Below, piece by piece: positions 33,185-46,214 of a DNA stretch of 64,000 nt; positions within the stretch are counted from its first letter, which is position 1, and the number at the start of each line of letters is the position of its first letter. The notes below the pieces were generated by a model. That model was given only the letters and a program-made list of their open reading frames with translations, searched no databases and had not been told where the DNA came from. Position numbers and translations under genes: made by a program. Origin of the DNA: Verrucomicrobiota bacterium (lineage in GTDB: Bacteria > Verrucomicrobiota > Verrucomicrobiia > Limisphaerales > AAA164-E04); NCBI GenBank assembly GCA_047947115.1, contig CP170459.1, positions 5,792,001 to 5,856,000 on the forward strand, in the 5' to 3' direction.

Positions 33185-33829
33185 TTAAGCTTTATTTTTG
33201 GGCTTTTTCTTGGCCTCACGAATGACGATGTAATCACCGTCCGCACCGGGAATAGCTCCTTTAACCAAAAGAAGGTTGTCCTCACCGTGCACCTTAACTA
33301 CTTTCAAATTTTGAACTGTCCGGCGCACCTGGCCCATGTGACCGGGCATCTTTTTGCCTTTGGCAACCCAACCGGGAGTCGAACCGGAACCAATGGAACC
33401 TGGACGACGTTTCCAGCCTTTGGCGCCATGGGTGGCGCGTCCACCACCAAAGTTCCAACGCTTCATCACACCTTGGAATCCGTGTCCTTTAGTGATGCCG
33501 ATGGCGTCAACGAAGTCCCCTTCAGCGAAGCAGTCGTCAACTTTAACAACATCTCCCGACTTGACTTCAAGTGAGAAATCACGAAATTCGCGAATTCTTT
33601 TAAATCCAGTGGACTTGTGTTTGGTAAAATGACCTAAACGGGGCTTTGACAGGCGCTGATCCTTTTGTGGATCGAACGCGAGCTGCACTGCGCTGTAACC
33701 ATCCGTCTCGGGTGTTTTACATTGAATGACATGATTTGGTCCGCATTCGACAATGGTCACATGGACGGCGGCCCCATCGTTGTCATAGACACGGGTTTGA
33801 CCCAATTTTTTGCCAAGTAATCCTAACAT
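33185..33829 (-). CDS. rplC: 50S ribosomal protein L3
   Basis: DGYSAVQL, KGHGFQGVMKRWNF and KMPGHMG motifs. Confidence 0.99.
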   Translation of the reverse strand: MLGLLGKKLGQTRVYDNDGAAVHVTIVECGPNHVIQCKTPETDGYSAVQLAFDPQKDQRLSKPRLGHFTKHKSTGFKRIREFRDFSLEVKSGDVVKVDDCFAEGDFVDAIGITKGHGFQGVMKRWNFGGGRATHGAKGWKRRPGSIGSGSTPGWVAKGKKMPGHMGQVRRTVQNLKVVKVHGEDNLLLVKGAIPGADGDYIVIREAKKKPKNKA

Positions 33830-33846
33830 GATCTCGTGTCTTTCCT

Positions 33847-34155
33847 TTAAATTTTAATAGTGATATCCACACCAGCCGGAAGATTTAATTTCTTCAATTC
33901 ATCAACGGTCTTGGCGGTAGGTTCCAAAATATCCAACAAACGCTTGTGTGTACGTTGTTCGAAGGTTTCATGTGATTTTTTATCGACATGAGGCGACCGA
34001 GTCACGGTGAACCTTTCAATGCGTGTTGGCAAAGGAATGGGTCCTGCCACACGTGCCCCGGACCGCTTAACGGTCTCCACAATTTCCTGGGCGGACTGAT
34101 CAATCACGCGATGATCATAAGCCTTCAGGCGAATACGTATTCTTTGTCCTGCCAT
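33847..34155 (-). CDS. rpsJ: 30S ribosomal protein S10
   Basis: [16 protein letters not shown] and SPHVDKKS motifs. Confidence 0.99.
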   Translation of the reverse strand: MAGQRIRIRLKAYDHRVIDQSAQEIVETVKRSGARVAGPIPLPTRIERFTVTRSPHVDKKSHETFEQRTHKRLLDILEPTAKTVDELKKLNLPAGVDITIKI

Positions 34156-34188
34156 ATGATATAAAGAACGAGTGTTATTGGTTGTTTC

Positions 34189-36366
34189 TCAGGCTCGATT
34201 CACTGAAGGTGAAATCGAATCCAAAATTGAATTAACGATCTGTGTGGGAACTGGTTCAAATTTATCCGGTTCCATGGAGTAAGATGCCCTTCCCTTGGAC
34301 AATGACCGAACAGCAGTAGCGTATCCAAACATTTCAGCCAAAGGAACCTCAGAATTTAATATGGTCGCTTGCGGTTTCGAATCTATACTCACAATTTTAC
34401 CTCTACGGCGATTTAAATCTCCAAGAATATCGCCCTGATACTCATCCGGAGTAGTGACTTCCACTTTCATAACCGGTTCCAGCAAAATCATGGAGGCTTT
34501 TCGTGCAGCTTCCTTGAAAGCGAAAATACCGGCCATTTTAAAAGCTAATTCATTGGAGTCGACCTCATGGAAACTGCCATCCACGATTTGAACGGATAAA
34601 TCAACCATCGGATAGTTGGCCAATACTCCACCTTTTATGGACTCCTCAATACCGGCTATCACGGCTGGTATGAATTCTTTAGGGATGACACCTCCAACAA
34701 TCTTGTTTTCAACCTTGATTCCTTTACCGCGTTCAGCGGGTTGAATATTGATGATAGCGTGACCGTATTGTCCTCTACCACCAGATTGTCTGATAAATTT
34801 CCCTTCGCCAGTTGCGTCCTTGGTAATGGTTTCTCGATAAGCTATTTGTGGTGCTCCAGCATTTGCATCCACTTTAAATTCGCGCAACAATCGGTCACGA
34901 ATGATTTCCAAGTGCAGTTCCCCCATTCCCGCAATGATGAGCTGACCGGTTTCATCGTTGGTAAAACAACGAAAAGTAGGGTCTTCCTCAGATAGACGCT
35001 GAAGGCCTTCCGACATCTTTTCCCGATCCGCTTTGGTTTTAGGTTCGATCGCCATGGAAATCACTGGCTCAGGAAAAGTCGGCGGCTCCAGGCTGATTTC
35101 GAGATCCTGATTGCAAAGAGTGTCCCCGGTCGTCACGTTCTTGACACCTACAATAGCGACAATATCACCGGAATAAACGGCGTCACACTCAGTTCGCTTG
35201 TCAGCTTGGATCATCAACAAGCGGCTGGCCCGTTCACGCTTACCGGTTCGAGAATTAACAACAGCATCCCCCTTGTTCAAGGTACCCCGGTAAACCCTCA
35301 TAAAGACGAGCTTTCCAACGAAAGGATCGGTCCAAAGCTTAAAAGCAAGTCCACAGAACTTTGCCTTATCATCAGCTTTGATCAGGACTTCTTCTTCCCT
35401 GTTGAGATCGTGAGCTGTTGCAGCAGGCACATCTACCGGTGATGGCAGATAATCAATGACTGCATCAACAACGGCGTGGACCCCCTTGTTCTTGAAGGCA
35501 GACCCGCCTAAAACCGGGACAAATTCAAGTTGGCAGGTTAACCGTCGGATCGCTGCTTTAAGCTCCTCGGCGGGGACCGGTTTTTCTTCCAGGACCAAAT
35601 TCATGATTTGGTCATCTTTGTCCGCAACACCCTCGAGCAAGGATTCGTAAGCAGCCTTGGAACGTTCCTTATGATCACCCGGGATGTCAACAACACTGTA
35701 AGTCAAACCTGTTTTGTCGTTCTCGTCATAAACGACAGCCTTCTGGCTTACGACATCAATCACGCCCTTTAGTTGGTCCTCAGCACCAAGTGGTAAAGCC
35801 ACCGGATAAGCGTATGCACCCAACTTGGTGCGCATGTCATTTAGAGCGTTTTCAAAGTCGGCACCTGTCCGATCCATCTTATTGACGAATGCGATGCGCG
35901 GAACATTATATTTAGTGGCCTGCCGCCAGACGGTTTCAGACTGAGGCTGAACCCCGGCAACGCCACAGAAAACTGCGACAGCCCCGTCCAATACACGCAT
36001 GGACCGCTCTACTTCGGCCGTAAAATCCACATGACCTGGAGTATCAATGATATTGATACGATGTGGCACCTCAATCCAGGATTTAATCAAACCATCGTCT
36101 GCTTGTTTCCAAAAGCAAGTGATGGCAGCGGAGGTAATGGTGATACCGCGCTCCTTTTCCTGAGACATCCAGTCGGTTACGGTGTCACCGTCGTGAACTT
36201 CTCCCATTTTGTGAATGAGTCCTGTGTAAAACAGGATGCGCTCTGTCGTGGTAGTCTTACCAGCATCGATATGCGCCGCAATACCGATATTGCGTGTACG
36301 TTCAAGAGAATATTCGCGGGTAGGCGAATTCAAACTTGAGCGTTCTTGTGTTGCGGCGTGACTCAT
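34189..36366 (-). CDS. fusA: Elongation factor G
   Basis: [34 protein letters not shown] and QSGGRGQYG motifs. Confidence 0.99.
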   Translation of the reverse strand: MSHAATQERSSLNSPTREYSLERTRNIGIAAHIDAGKTTTTERILFYTGLIHKMGEVHDGDTVTDWMSQEKERGITITSAAITCFWKQADDGLIKSWIEVPHRINIIDTPGHVDFTAEVERSMRVLDGAVAVFCGVAGVQPQSETVWRQATKYNVPRIAFVNKMDRTGADFENALNDMRTKLGAYAYPVALPLGAEDQLKGVIDVVSQKAVVYDENDKTGLTYSVVDIPGDHKERSKAAYESLLEGVADKDDQIMNLVLEEKPVPAEELKAAIRRLTCQLEFVPVLGGSAFKNKGVHAVVDAVIDYLPSPVDVPAATAHDLNREEEVLIKADDKAKFCGLAFKLWTDPFVGKLVFMRVYRGTLNKGDAVVNSRTGKRERASRLLMIQADKRTECDAVYSGDIVAIVGVKNVTTGDTLCNQDLEISLEPPTFPEPVISMAIEPKTKADREKMSEGLQRLSEEDPTFRCFTNDETGQLIIAGMGELHLEIIRDRLLREFKVDANAGAPQIAYRETITKDATGEGKFIRQSGGRGQYGHAIINIQPAERGKGIKVENKIVGGVIPKEFIPAVIAGIEESIKGGVLANYPMVDLSVQIVDGSFHEVDSNELAFKMAGIFAFKEAARKASMILLEPVMKVEVTTPDEYQGDILGDLNRRRGKIVSIDSKPQATILNSEVPLAEMFGYATAVRSLSKGRASYSMEPDKFEPVPTQIVNSILDSISPSVNRA

Positions 36367-36388
36367 TCAGTCTATTTCAGTAGAGAAT

Positions 36389-36428
36389 AAAAAGACCCCG
36401 CAGTGTTCAACAAACCACTTGAGGGGTC
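36389..36428 (-). terminator. Terminator-like hairpin between rpsG and fusA
   Basis: Minus strand GACCCC(TCA)AGTG..CACT(GC)GGGGTC followed by TTTTTATT. Confidence 0.45.
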
Positions 36429-36444
36429 GATCTGTGTAGTTATT

Positions 36445-36918
36445 TTACCAACGAAAATGTGCAAAGGCTTTGTTTGCTTGTGCCATTTTGTGAACTTCAT
36501 CGCGGCGACGGATGGAAGAGCCCTGCCCCTGATAGGCATCCATGATTTCATTAGCCAGTGCTTCAGCCATCGGCACACCTTTCCGGGAACCGGCAAACTT
36601 GACAATCCAGCGGATGGCAAGCGCATTCTGCCGTTCGGTCGGAACTTCCATGGGCACTTGGTAGGTGGCACCACCAACACGGCGGGGTTTGACTTCCAGG
36701 CGCGGTTTGGCGTTATCCACTGCACGTTGCAGCAAATCCAACGGACTGGATGCAGGGTTCTTTTCTCCCAGGGTATCCATGGCCCCGTAAACAACTTTTT
36801 GCGCGATGCTTTTCTTACCCTCGATCATGAGGATGCTCACCAAGCGGGCAACCAGTGTGCTGCCGTATTTCGGATCGGCAACCACTTTGCGCTTAACTGC
36901 TCTGCGACGTCTTGACAT
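36445..36918 (-). CDS. rpsG: 30S ribosomal protein S7
   Basis: RRVGGATYQVP and MAQANKAFAHFRW motifs. Confidence 0.99.
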   Translation of the reverse strand: MSRRRRAVKRKVVADPKYGSTLVARLVSILMIEGKKSIAQKVVYGAMDTLGEKNPASSPLDLLQRAVDNAKPRLEVKPRRVGGATYQVPMEVPTERQNALAIRWIVKFAGSRKGVPMAEALANEIMDAYQGQGSSIRRRDEVHKMAQANKAFAHFRW

Positions 36919-36937
36919 ATTAGTATATTAAAAAACC

Positions 36938-37324
36938 TTAGCTCTTTTTCTGCTCTTTAGGCCGCTTAACACCGTATTTGGAACGGCTTACTCGACGCTT
37001 TTCAACACCGTTTGCATCCAGGGCACCACGCACAACGTGGTAGCGCACACCGGGCAAATCTTTCACACGACCACCTCGTATCAAAACGATACTGTGTTCC
37101 TGTAGGTTATGTCCCTCGTCGGGAATATAAGCGATTACTTCGTATCCATTCGTCAGGCGAACTTTCGCCACTTTACGCATGGCGGAGTTTGGCTTCTTGG
37201 GTGTACGTGTCATGACTTGAACACAGACACCGCGACGAAACGGGCAATTCTCCAAAGCCGGCGAAGTCGACTTCACTTTAATCTTTTTACGTCCCTTACG
37301 GACAAGCTGATTAATGGTTGGCAT
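36938..37324 (-). CDS. rpsL: 30S ribosomal protein S12
   Basis: [18 protein letters not shown] and [12 protein letters not shown] motifs. Start moved to ATG 37324. Confidence 0.99.
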   Translation of the reverse strand: MPTINQLVRKGRKKIKVKSTSPALENCPFRRGVCVQVMTRTPKKPNSAMRKVAKVRLTNGYEVIAYIPDEGHNLQEHSIVLIRGGRVKDLPGVRYHVVRGALDANGVEKRRVSRSKYGVKRPKEQKKS

Positions 37325-37384
37325 TTGCGATTTTAGTATAAATTCCAATAAGCCCAGTCTCTGCTCCCGAGAAATGGAGGGCAG

Positions 37385-37412
37385 ATATTATCAAAGGCCT
37401 TTCTCCATGCAA
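37385..37412 (-). promoter_or_regulatory. Sigma70-type promoter of rpsL
   Basis: Minus strand TTGCAT-N16-TAATAT with an extended TG, ~60 nt upstream of the rpsL ATG. Confidence 0.6.
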
Positions 37413-37451
37413 GAGATTATTTGAATTATTTTAATTTAATTTTTTGTCCCA

Positions 37452-40400
37452 TTATCCTGCAACCGGCTCATCCACTTCAGAAGTTGGTTCTTCTTCAATT
37501 TCAGGCGGTTCCACGAGCGGGCTTACTTTAATGTTTCGATGTTTGGGATATCCCGATCCAGCCGGAATGATGTGTCCCATGATGACATTTTCTTTAAATC
37601 CACGCAGGTAATCAACTTTACCCATCGTGGCGGCATCCGTCAGCACACGTGTCGTGTCCTGGAATGAGGCTGCACTGAGGAAACTTTCTGTTTCCAACGA
37701 AGCTTTTGTGATCCCCAAAAGAACCGGCGAAGCATCGGCAGGTTGTCCTCCCATATCTTCGACACGCTTGTTCTCTCGCTCAAAAATGGTTCGTTCCACC
37801 TGCTCACCCCAAAGGAAGATAGAATCGCCAGGTTCGGTAACACGCACCTTACGAAGCATCTGACGCACGATAATCTCTATGTGCTTGTCATTAATCGTCA
37901 CCCCCTGGAGACGATAAACTTCCTGCACTTCATTTACCAGATGTTCCTGCAATTCCTGAGGTCCGCAGACTTCCAAAATTTCATGTGGCACCACAGGTCC
38001 TTCCGTCAATTGCTGCCCCTTCTTGACGTAGTCCCCCTTGAATACAATGACATGTTTAGCAATCGCAACCAAGTGCTCCTCTTCCGTTCCGGAATCCGGA
38101 TCACGAATAATGATGCAACGTTTACCACGCACACTCGGACCAAAATCAATAATGCCGTCCATTTTTGCAATTTCAGCAGCGTCCTTCGGACGGCGAGCCT
38201 CAAACAGCTCGGCAACACGCGGAAGACCACCGGTAATATCCTTGGTCTTACTCGTTTTACGAGGTGTTTTGGCCATCAATGCACCAGCAGGAATCTTGTT
38301 GTTTTCATGCACCACAATGTGTGCCCCGGATGGAATAGGGTAATTTGCAAGAACCTCACCATTCTTGGATTCAAGGATCATGATCTGCGGGTGCAGATCC
38401 TCCTTGTGGTCAATAACAACCATGGCCTCCTGCCCCGTGGTTTCATCCACCTCCTGCTTCATGGTCACCCCCTCAATGATATCGTGGAACTTCACATAAC
38501 CGGCGCGTTCCGACAAGATGGGCACATTGTATGGATCCCACTGAACGAAGGTCTGTCCTTTTTTCACTTTCCCACCATTCTCAACAAGGATCACAGATCC
38601 TATAATGATATTGTGTGTTTCGAGTTCACGCCCTTCTTCATCCAACAACAAAATCGAACCGTTTTTATTCAGCACAATATTGTTTCCGTCTTCCAATTCC
38701 ACACATCTCAAATCACTGTAAACCACCTTTGCATCGTGTTTGGATTTGATCTGGGGTTGTTTGAAAATCTGTGATGCTGTCCCACCAATGTGAAAGGTAC
38801 GCATGGTAAGCTGAGTTCCGGGCTCACCGATGGACTGAGCGGCAATAATCCCTACTGCCTCGCCTTCCTTGACTTGGAGTCCGGTGGCCAGGTTGCGCCC
38901 ATAGCATTTAGCACACAAACCAACATCTGATTCACAAGTCAGAACGGATCGGATCTTGACTCGCTCAATGCCTGCGGAATCTACTGCCTTGGCCTTGACT
39001 TCATCAATTTCGTCATTGGCTTTCACGATGACGTTTTTCACGTCACTGGGATCGACGATATCGTCACAAGAAACACGCCCGACCAGACGTTCACTCAGTT
39101 TGACTACTTCATCTTCTCCCTCGTAAATGGCTGACACCCAGATACCATTGGATGTCTCACAGTTTTCTTCTCTCACAATGACGTCCTGGGCAACATCCAC
39201 CAATTTACGCGTCATGTAACCTGAGTCCGCAGTTTTCAACGCTGTATCAGCAAGTCCCTTACGAGCACCGTGTGTTGAAATGAAGTATTCCAAAACAGTC
39301 AAACCCTCACGGAAGTTCGAGAGAATCGGTTTTTCAATAATATCCCCGGATGGTTTGGCCATCAAACCACGAATACCAGCTAACTGGCGCACTTGCTGAC
39401 GATTACCACGAGCACCGGAATCAACCATCAGGTAAACAGGATTATATTCATCCTTACTTTGATTCGCCTGAAGTGTGCGAAGCATCACGTTTGAAATCTG
39501 GTCCGTGCAATGGGTCCAAATATCGATGATCTTGTTATACCGCTCACCCGGAGTGATCACACCCCTACGGTATTGATTTTCAACTTCCTGAATCTGGTCC
39601 TGAGCTGCACTGATTTCCTGATTCTTCTCAACAGGAATGATCATGTCATCAATACCAATGGAAACACCCGCCTTGGTCGCTTCACGGAAACCAAGTTCCT
39701 TCAAGCGGTCAAGCGTGGCGACAGTTTCTTCGTGACCACACACCTTGTAACAATTCCAGATCAGATCGCCAATTTGACCTTTACCGATGGCTTTGTTTGG
39801 AAAACCAAGTTTGGATGGCCAGATCTCACTGAAAACGACTCGACCAACGGTGGTCTCGATGACTTTTTTCTCCTTGTCTCCGTAAACGGTGTCCTGCCCG
39901 TAGTCAGGGTTGACAAGCATAACGCGTGAATGTGTGTTTAGTTCCCCATCATCGTAGGCAAAAATAGCTTCTTCTTTTGACCCAAACAAACTCAGTCGTT
40001 TATCCTTCTTCTTCGGTTCGCGTGGTTCAGCAGTCAGATAATAGCAACCCAAGGTGATATCCTGGGTCGGCGTCATGATTGGCTTTCCGCTGGACGGACT
40101 GAAAATATTGTTGGGAGCCATCATCAGGAGTCGTGCTTCCATCTGCGCCTCCACTGACAAAGGCACATGGACAGCCATTTGGTCACCGTCGAAATCCGCG
40201 TTGTAGGCTGTGCAGACCAGAGGATGTACACGAATAGCTTCACCTTCAATTAAGACAGGTTCAAACGCCTGAATGGAAAGGCGGTGCAAAGTGGGAGCAC
40301 GATTCAGCAGTACAGGATGTCCCTTGGTCACTTCTTCCAGGATATCCCAAACCTCAGGAGACTGACGCTCGATCATTTTCTTGGCGGAACGAACGGTATG

Positions 40401-41585
40401 AACGTAGCCAAGTTCTTTTAATCTTCTGATAATGAAGGGTTCAAAAAGCACCAGTGCCATCTTCTTCGGCAACCCGCATTGGTGCAGCTTGAGTTCGGGC
40501 CCGATCACAATGACCGAACGTCCAGAGTAATCAACACGTTTACCGAGCAAGTTCTGACGGAAACGTCCACTTTTCCCCTTAAGCATGTCGCTCAGAGATT
40601 TCAAAGGACGATTCCCAGCCCCGGTGACAGCCCGGCCATGACGACCGTTGTCAAAGAGAGCGTCGACGGCTTCCTGAAGCATGCGCTTTTCATTGCGAAT
40701 GATCACCTCAGGAGTTTTCAGCTGAAGCAGGTTTTTGAGACGATTGTTTCGATTGATGACACGACGATACAGATCATTCAGATCTGATGTTGCAAATCGT
40801 CCACCTTCCAACGGCACCAAGGGCCGCAAGTCAGGAGGGATCACAGGCAAAACCACTAGAATCATCCATTCCGGACGAGTCTTACTGGCAATAAATCCCT
40901 GATAAAGTTTGATACGCTTGGCAAGCTTCTTACGGATTTGCTTGCTACGCGTTTCGGTCATCGCAATCTGAAGCTCATCAACCTGAGCATCCATTTCGAC
41001 AGACTCAAGAGCCTTTCGTACAGCTCCAGCCCCCATTTCCGCTTCAAAGGCATCGGAACCATAGGTCTCACGAGCTTCGCGGTATTCCATTTCACTTAAA
41101 AGTTGATGCTTCTTGAGAGGTGTCGTTCCCGGCTCGATGACCAGGTAATCTTCGTAGTAAACCACACGCTCCAGTTCACGTGCGGTCATGTCCAGAATCA
41201 GACCGATACGAGAAGGCATGCATTTAAAAAACCAGATATGGGAAACTGGGACGGCTAATTCAATATGTCCCATGCGTTCGCGTCGAACGCGGGACAAGGT
41301 GACCTCAACACCACAGCGGTCACACACAACGCCACGATGCTTGATGCGTTTGTATTTTCCACAGGAACATTCCCAGTCCTTAACGGGACCGAAAATGCGT
41401 TCGCAGAACAACCCGCCTTTTTCGGGTTTGAAAGTTCTGTAGTTGATGGTTTCCGGATTCTTGACCTCGCCTTTGGACCAGGAACGGATCGATTCGGGTG
41501 AGGCAACGGTGATACTGATGTGATCCACCAAGTTAACTTGTTCCAACCCGAACAATTCGCGTGTGCTATTTCTGCTTTCGATCAT
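37452..41585 (-). CDS. rpoC: RNA polymerase beta' subunit
   Basis: [12 protein letters not shown] catalytic motif, N-terminal zinc finger and [13 protein letters not shown]. Confidence 0.99.
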   Translation of the reverse strand: MIESRNSTRELFGLEQVNLVDHISITVASPESIRSWSKGEVKNPETINYRTFKPEKGGLFCERIFGPVKDWECSCGKYKRIKHRGVVCDRCGVEVTLSRVRRERMGHIELAVPVSHIWFFKCMPSRIGLILDMTARELERVVYYEDYLVIEPGTTPLKKHQLLSEMEYREARETYGSDAFEAEMGAGAVRKALESVEMDAQVDELQIAMTETRSKQIRKKLAKRIKLYQGFIASKTRPEWMILVVLPVIPPDLRPLVPLEGGRFATSDLNDLYRRVINRNNRLKNLLQLKTPEVIIRNEKRMLQEAVDALFDNGRHGRAVTGAGNRPLKSLSDMLKGKSGRFRQNLLGKRVDYSGRSVIVIGPELKLHQCGLPKKMALVLFEPFIIRRLKELGYVHTVRSAKKMIERQSPEVWDILEEVTKGHPVLLNRAPTLHRLSIQAFEPVLIEGEAIRVHPLVCTAYNADFDGDQMAVHVPLSVEAQMEARLLMMAPNNIFSPSSGKPIMTPTQDITLGCYYLTAEPREPKKKDKRLSLFGSKEEAIFAYDDGELNTHSRVMLVNPDYGQDTVYGDKEKKVIETTVGRVVFSEIWPSKLGFPNKAIGKGQIGDLIWNCYKVCGHEETVATLDRLKELGFREATKAGVSIGIDDMIIPVEKNQEISAAQDQIQEVENQYRRGVITPGERYNKIIDIWTHCTDQISNVMLRTLQANQSKDEYNPVYLMVDSGARGNRQQVRQLAGIRGLMAKPSGDIIEKPILSNFREGLTVLEYFISTHGARKGLADTALKTADSGYMTRKLVDVAQDVIVREENCETSNGIWVSAIYEGEDEVVKLSERLVGRVSCDDIVDPSDVKNVIVKANDEIDEVKAKAVDSAGIERVKIRSVLTCESDVGLCAKCYGRNLATGLQVKEGEAVGIIAAQSIGEPGTQLTMRTFHIGGTASQIFKQPQIKSKHDAKVVYSDLRCVELEDGNNIVLNKNGSILLLDEEGRELETHNIIIGSVILVENGGKVKKGQTFVQWDPYNVPILSERAGYVKFHDIIEGVTMKQEVDETTGQEAMVVIDHKEDLHPQIMILESKNGEVLANYPIPSGAHIVVHENNKIPAGALMAKTPRKTSKTKDITGGLPRVAELFEARRPKDAAEIAKMDGIIDFGPSVRGKRCIIIRDPDSGTEEEHLVAIAKHVIVFKGDYVKKGQQLTEGPVVPHEILEVCGPQELQEHLVNEVQEVYRLQGVTINDKHIEIIVRQMLRKVRVTEPGDSIFLWGEQVERTIFERENKRVEDMGGQPADASPVLLGITKASLETESFLSAASFQDTTRVLTDAATMGKVDYLRGFKENVIMGHIIPAGSGYPKHRNIKVSPLVEPPEIEEEPTSEVDEPVAG

Positions 41586-41631
41586 GGGTGTTCTTTGAAA
41601 TCAATTGTTTGCGTTCTGTTCCTCTATACGA

Positions 41632-44600
41632 TTATCCCATCGCCGAGAGACTCGATGGCACTGACCTTAGTTCGGCATCCGGATCAATTTCCTCCGGTTC
41701 ATATCCCACATTCACATCCATACCGAGTGATTGAATTTCCTTGACCAAGACGTTGAATGATTCTGGAACGCCCGCATCCAGTGAATTGTCCCCCTTGACA
41801 ATGCTTTCATAAATTCGAGTACGACCCTGGACATCGTCCGATTTGACAGTCAGAAGTTCCTGCAACGCATAAGCGGCACCATATGCTTCCATTGCCCACA
41901 CTTCCATTTCACCGAATCGCTGACCACCATATTGAGCCTTACCGCCCAATGGCTGTTGGGTAACCAACGAATAAGGTCCAACGGCTCGGGCATGGATCTT
42001 GTCAGCCACCAAGTGACCAAGTTTGAGCATGTAAATATAACCGACGACAACCTCTTGGTCGAAACGATCCCCCGTACGACCATCATAAAGATGAGTCTTG
42101 GCATGGTCGGGCAGGTTGGCTTCTTTCAAATAACCACGCACTTCCGACTCCTTGATACCATCGAATACAGGCGTTGCAAATTTGATCCCCAAGACCCTAG
42201 CTGCCCATCCCAAGTGAGTTTCGAGCAACTGCCCCACATTCATGCGAGAGGGAACCCCCAGAGGGTTCAAGACAATATCAACAGGAGTTCCGTCTGCCAT
42301 GAATGGCATGTCTTCTTCCGGCACGATTTTGGCAACAACACCTTTGTTACCGTGACGTCCCGCCATCTTGTCACCCACAGACAATTTTCGTTTTGATGCG
42401 ATGAAAACCTTCACCGATTTGATGATGCCGGTTTCCATGTCATCCCCGGATTCAACACGTTCCATTTCTTCATCGTGCTGCATCTGGAGATCATCAAAAC
42501 GCTTCTTGTAGGCGCTGATGATTTCATTGATTTTGTTGCGAATGGGTGATGGGTCGATTTCAATGCGATCGTAAACACTCGCCAGTTTGCGCAAGAGGGT
42601 CTTGGTGATCTTGCGATTCGCTGGAATAATGATTTCACCCGTTTCGGAATTAACCACATCCAAAGGGATTTTTTCACCAAGGAGAATGTTACTCAGGGAC
42701 TCAGTCAGCTGTTCCCTCAAATCATCAATTTTTTTCTTGTGTTCATCCTCAACCTGCTTGGCATGCTTTTTGGCTTCGGAATTTGAGACTTTGACGGTCC
42801 GTTCCGATTCCTTCTTGGCAGAAACCTTCACATCCATCACGATACCGTAAGTTCCGGAAGGAACTTTCAGTGATGTATCCTTAACATCTGCAGCTTTTTC
42901 CCCGAAAATGGCGCGAAGAAGTCGTTCCTCTGGTGCAAGTTCGGTTTCGCTTTTAGGCGTGATTTTACCCACAAGAATATCCCCGGGTTTCACCTCGGCG
43001 CCAACACGAATGACCCCGTCCAGTCCGAGATTCTTTAGGGCATCTTCGCCCAGATTGGGAATGTCCCGCGTGATTTCCTCCGGCCCCAGCTTGGTGTCAC
43101 GGGCACTGACCTCAAACTCATCCACATGAATGGAAGTGTAAACGTCGTCTTTGACGATGCGCTGGCTGATTAGAATGGCGTCCTCAAAGTTGTAGCCATT
43201 CCAGGGCATGAAGGCGCACAAGACGTTTTTGCCTAGAGCCAATTCACCATTCTCAGTAGACGGACCATCTGCCAGAACATCCCCTACCTTAATTTTTTGA
43301 CCATTGTGGACCAGAGCTTTCTGATTGATACATGTGGCCGCATTGGAACGCATGAACTTTCGCAAGCGATATATGCTGATTCCATTTGCAGGATCATGCT
43401 TCAATTTCTTCTTACCGTCTGGAAGTGTCCCATCTTTGGTGATAACAATTTGATTACCAGAAACGGAGGCAACCACACCAGCTTCTTCAGCCACCAACAC
43501 GGCACGTGAATCACGGGCCACCTTTGATTCTAGTCCTGTAGCAACCAAAGGAGCCTCGGTCACCAACAGAGGAACTGCCTGGCGTTGCATGTTCGATCCC
43601 ATCAGAGCACGGTTTGCATCATCGTGTTCAAGGAAAGGAATCAAACCGGCAGCCACCGAAACCAGCTGCTTTGGAGATACGTCCATGTAATCGACACGAT
43701 CAGGAGGAACATCAATAAAATCGCCCTTGCAACGGCACATGACACGCTCGTTGAGGAATTTTCCTTTCTCATCAATTGGAGCATTCGCCTGTGCCACGAT
43801 GAACTGCTCCTCACGGTCGGCGGTCAAGTAGTCCAAATGTGTTGTAACACGACCGTCGACAACTTTTCGATAGGGCGTTTCGATGAATCCGAAGTCATTC
43901 ACACGGGCAAATGTTGCGAGTGAAGCAATCAAACCAATGTTTGGACCTTCAGGCGTTTCAATCGGGCAAATACGTCCGTAATGAGATGGATGCACGTCAC
44001 GCACTTCAAAACCGGCGCGATCACGACTCAAACCACCAGGCCCGAGGGCTGAAAGTCGTCGTTTATGAGTAAGTTCGGCCAACGGGTTTATCTGATCCAT
44101 GAACTGCGACAACTGGCTGCGTCCAAAAAAGTCGCGAATCACGGCAGAGAGAGCTTTAGGATTGATCAACTTTTGGGGAGTCATGGTGTCCAATCCCTGA
44201 TCGAACAATGTCATACGTTCCTTGACCAGGCGCTCTGTTCGAGCCAAACCGACGCGGCACTGATTGGCCAACAATTCACCAACCGTACGAACACGCCGAC
44301 TACCCAGATGATCAATATCATCCAGGGTTCCCTCACCCTTCTTCAACTTCAAAAGATACTTGGTCGCTGCCACCAAATCCTCTTTCTCTAGAACACGAGA
44401 ATCTTTGTTCAATTCAAGGTTGAGCTTCTGAGTGATTTTATAACGGCCCACGCGTCCCAAATCATAGCGTTTTGGATCGAAGAAGAGACGTTTGAGCAAA
44501 GCGCGCGCATTGGCAGCAGTGGGAGGATCGCCAGGACGCAAACGACGATAAATGTCCTTGAGAGCTTCCTCTTCATTCGTGGTGGGATCCTTTTTGAGAC

Positions 44601-45465
44601 ATTTGATGATGATGCCATCATCAATGCTTGTATCGACCACCTTAATTTTCTTGAGACCAAGATTTGCGATTTCACGCACCACGGCAGCGGACATTGGCTC
44701 AAACGCACGGGCAACGACGGCACCTTTATCGAGATCAAGCACATCCTCAATGAGTACTTTATTCTGAATATCCTCCAACTTGGCCGCGACTTTGACACTG
44801 ATGTCTTCGATATCATAGAACAACCGAAGAATATCAGCGTCTGTTCCATAGCCCAGTGCACGGAAAAAGGTGGTCGTTAAAAATTTACGGCGGCGCTTTT
44901 TGCGGTCGAGATACACGAACAAAAGATCATTCGTATCAAATTGAGCCTCGTACCAGGAACCACGGTCTGGAATGATTCGGAAAGAATGCATTGTCTTTCC
45001 ATTGGGATGCTGAGAGGCTTCGAATGCCAAACCTGGTGATCGGTGAAGCTGACTGACAATAACACGCTCGGCGCCATTGATGACAAAGCTTCCTTGGGGC
45101 GTGATCAGAGGTAGTTCACCCATGAATACCTTTTCCTCTTTCGTGCCCTGTTCGTCTCTCAAACGAAAGCTGACATGGAGCGGCGCGCCGAATGTTACTC
45201 CCTCACGGAGACATTCAAGCCAATCCAGCTTAGGCTCACCGATTTCATAGTGACTGAATTCCAGCACACATTTACCATCATAACTTTCAATCGGAAAGAC
45301 TTCATTAAAAACCGCTTGAAGACCAAGATTTTCTCGTTTCTTGGGGTCGATGTCTGATTGAAGGAATTCCGCGTAGGAATCGTTCTGCACTTCAATCAGA
45401 TTCGGAGGCGTGATAACCTCTTTGATTTTTCCGAAATTGATTCGTTCAGATGTTTTTGATGGCAT
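41632..45465 (-). CDS. rpoB: RNA polymerase beta subunit
   Basis: [35 protein letters not shown] and GGQRFGEME motifs. Confidence 0.99.
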   Translation of the reverse strand: MPSKTSERINFGKIKEVITPPNLIEVQNDSYAEFLQSDIDPKKRENLGLQAVFNEVFPIESYDGKCVLEFSHYEIGEPKLDWLECLREGVTFGAPLHVSFRLRDEQGTKEEKVFMGELPLITPQGSFVINGAERVIVSQLHRSPGLAFEASQHPNGKTMHSFRIIPDRGSWYEAQFDTNDLLFVYLDRKKRRRKFLTTTFFRALGYGTDADILRLFYDIEDISVKVAAKLEDIQNKVLIEDVLDLDKGAVVARAFEPMSAAVVREIANLGLKKIKVVDTSIDDGIIIKCLKKDPTTNEEEALKDIYRRLRPGDPPTAANARALLKRLFFDPKRYDLGRVGRYKITQKLNLELNKDSRVLEKEDLVAATKYLLKLKKGEGTLDDIDHLGSRRVRTVGELLANQCRVGLARTERLVKERMTLFDQGLDTMTPQKLINPKALSAVIRDFFGRSQLSQFMDQINPLAELTHKRRLSALGPGGLSRDRAGFEVRDVHPSHYGRICPIETPEGPNIGLIASLATFARVNDFGFIETPYRKVVDGRVTTHLDYLTADREEQFIVAQANAPIDEKGKFLNERVMCRCKGDFIDVPPDRVDYMDVSPKQLVSVAAGLIPFLEHDDANRALMGSNMQRQAVPLLVTEAPLVATGLESKVARDSRAVLVAEEAGVVASVSGNQIVITKDGTLPDGKKKLKHDPANGISIYRLRKFMRSNAATCINQKALVHNGQKIKVGDVLADGPSTENGELALGKNVLCAFMPWNGYNFEDAILISQRIVKDDVYTSIHVDEFEVSARDTKLGPEEITRDIPNLGEDALKNLGLDGVIRVGAEVKPGDILVGKITPKSETELAPEERLLRAIFGEKAADVKDTSLKVPSGTYGIVMDVKVSAKKESERTVKVSNSEAKKHAKQVEDEHKKKIDDLREQLTESLSNILLGEKIPLDVVNSETGEIIIPANRKITKTLLRKLASVYDRIEIDPSPIRNKINEIISAYKKRFDDLQMQHDEEMERVESGDDMETGIIKSVKVFIASKRKLSVGDKMAGRHGNKGVVAKIVPEEDMPFMADGTPVDIVLNPLGVPSRMNVGQLLETHLGWAARVLGIKFATPVFDGIKESEVRGYLKEANLPDHAKTHLYDGRTGDRFDQEVVVGYIYMLKLGHLVADKIHARAVGPYSLVTQQPLGGKAQYGGQRFGEMEVWAMEAYGAAYALQELLTVKSDDVQGRTRIYESIVKGDNSLDAGVPESFNVLVKEIQSLGMDVNVGYEPEEIDPDAELRSVPSSLSAMG

Positions 45466-45608
45466 GGTGACCTTATTGATAACTCAGTTCATGATCGGGA
45501 AGCCAGCGCTTACCCATTTATTTTCAGGAGACGAAACAGGTCCGCAGCTCTCAAATGCTGAGTGCTTGCGGACTTGCTGAAACAAGCGTTGACAAACTTT
45601 TGTCAAAG

Positions 45609-45632
45609 GAGCCTCTCCCTGAGGAGAGGCTC
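45609..45632 (-). terminator. Attenuator/terminator-like hairpin between rplL and rpoB
   Basis: GAGCCTCTCC-N4-GGAGAGGCTC 10-bp stem with a short CTTT tail; same position as the known rplL-rpoB attenuator of E. coli. Confidence 0.6.
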
Positions 45633-45692
45633 AAAATGTCTTGGACGCGAAAATGGATAAATCATTCAATTTCCGAATCCTGACATAGTGAT

Positions 45693-46079
45693 TTATTTCA
45701 ATTCAATGGTCGCGCCGGATTCTTCCAGCTTCTTCTTGGCGCCTTCGGCCTCTTCCTTGCTCACACCTTCGAGCAAAGGAGTAGGAGCTCCTTCAACGAG
45801 CTTCTTGGCATCTGCCAAACCGAGACCAGCCTTGACTTCGCGAACCGCTTTGATTACAGGGATCTTTTTATCACCGGGAACAGATGCCAAAATAACATCG
45901 AACTCGGTTTTCTCTTCGGCGGCACTACCACCACCAGCATCACCACCACCTGCGGCGGCGACTGCAACAGGAGCAGCAGCACTGACACCCCATTTTTCTT
46001 CCAACTGTTTCACCAAGTCGGCGGCTTCCATAACCGTCAACTCGCTCAATTCATTGATTAACTTTTCCAAGTCTGCCAT
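45693..46079 (-). CDS. rplL: 50S ribosomal protein L7/L12
   Basis: [20 protein letters not shown] and [12 protein letters not shown] motifs. Confidence 0.99.
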   Translation of the reverse strand: MADLEKLINELSELTVMEAADLVKQLEEKWGVSAAAPVAVAAAGGGDAGGGSAAEEKTEFDVILASVPGDKKIPVIKAVREVKAGLGLADAKKLVEGAPTPLLEGVSKEEAEGAKKKLEESGATIELK

Positions 46080-46090
46080 ATATTTTTGGT

Positions 46091-46142
46091 CGTCGCCATC
46101 TTCGGCCCGAGATGATTTAAAACTGCGGCCCGCAGTCCGACG
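46091..46142 (-). promoter_or_regulatory. Candidate structured cis-regulatory RNA immediately upstream of rplL
   Basis: Outer stem CGTCG/CGACG encloses two hairpins that share the cap CGGGCCG. Confidence 0.5.
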
Positions 46143-46214
46143 TATTGATTGTTATTGTTTTGTTTTGAGGTTTCGCCGGGATAGATCCCGTCAAAATTCT
46201 GTGTAAAATGTCGC

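Noticed and set aside
37743..38774. 343 aa plus-strand ORF
   Set aside because: Antisense to rpoC.
44030..44140. Possible rifampicin-resistance substitutions in rpoB
   Set aside because: The key cluster I residues (Q, D, H, R, S) are canonical.
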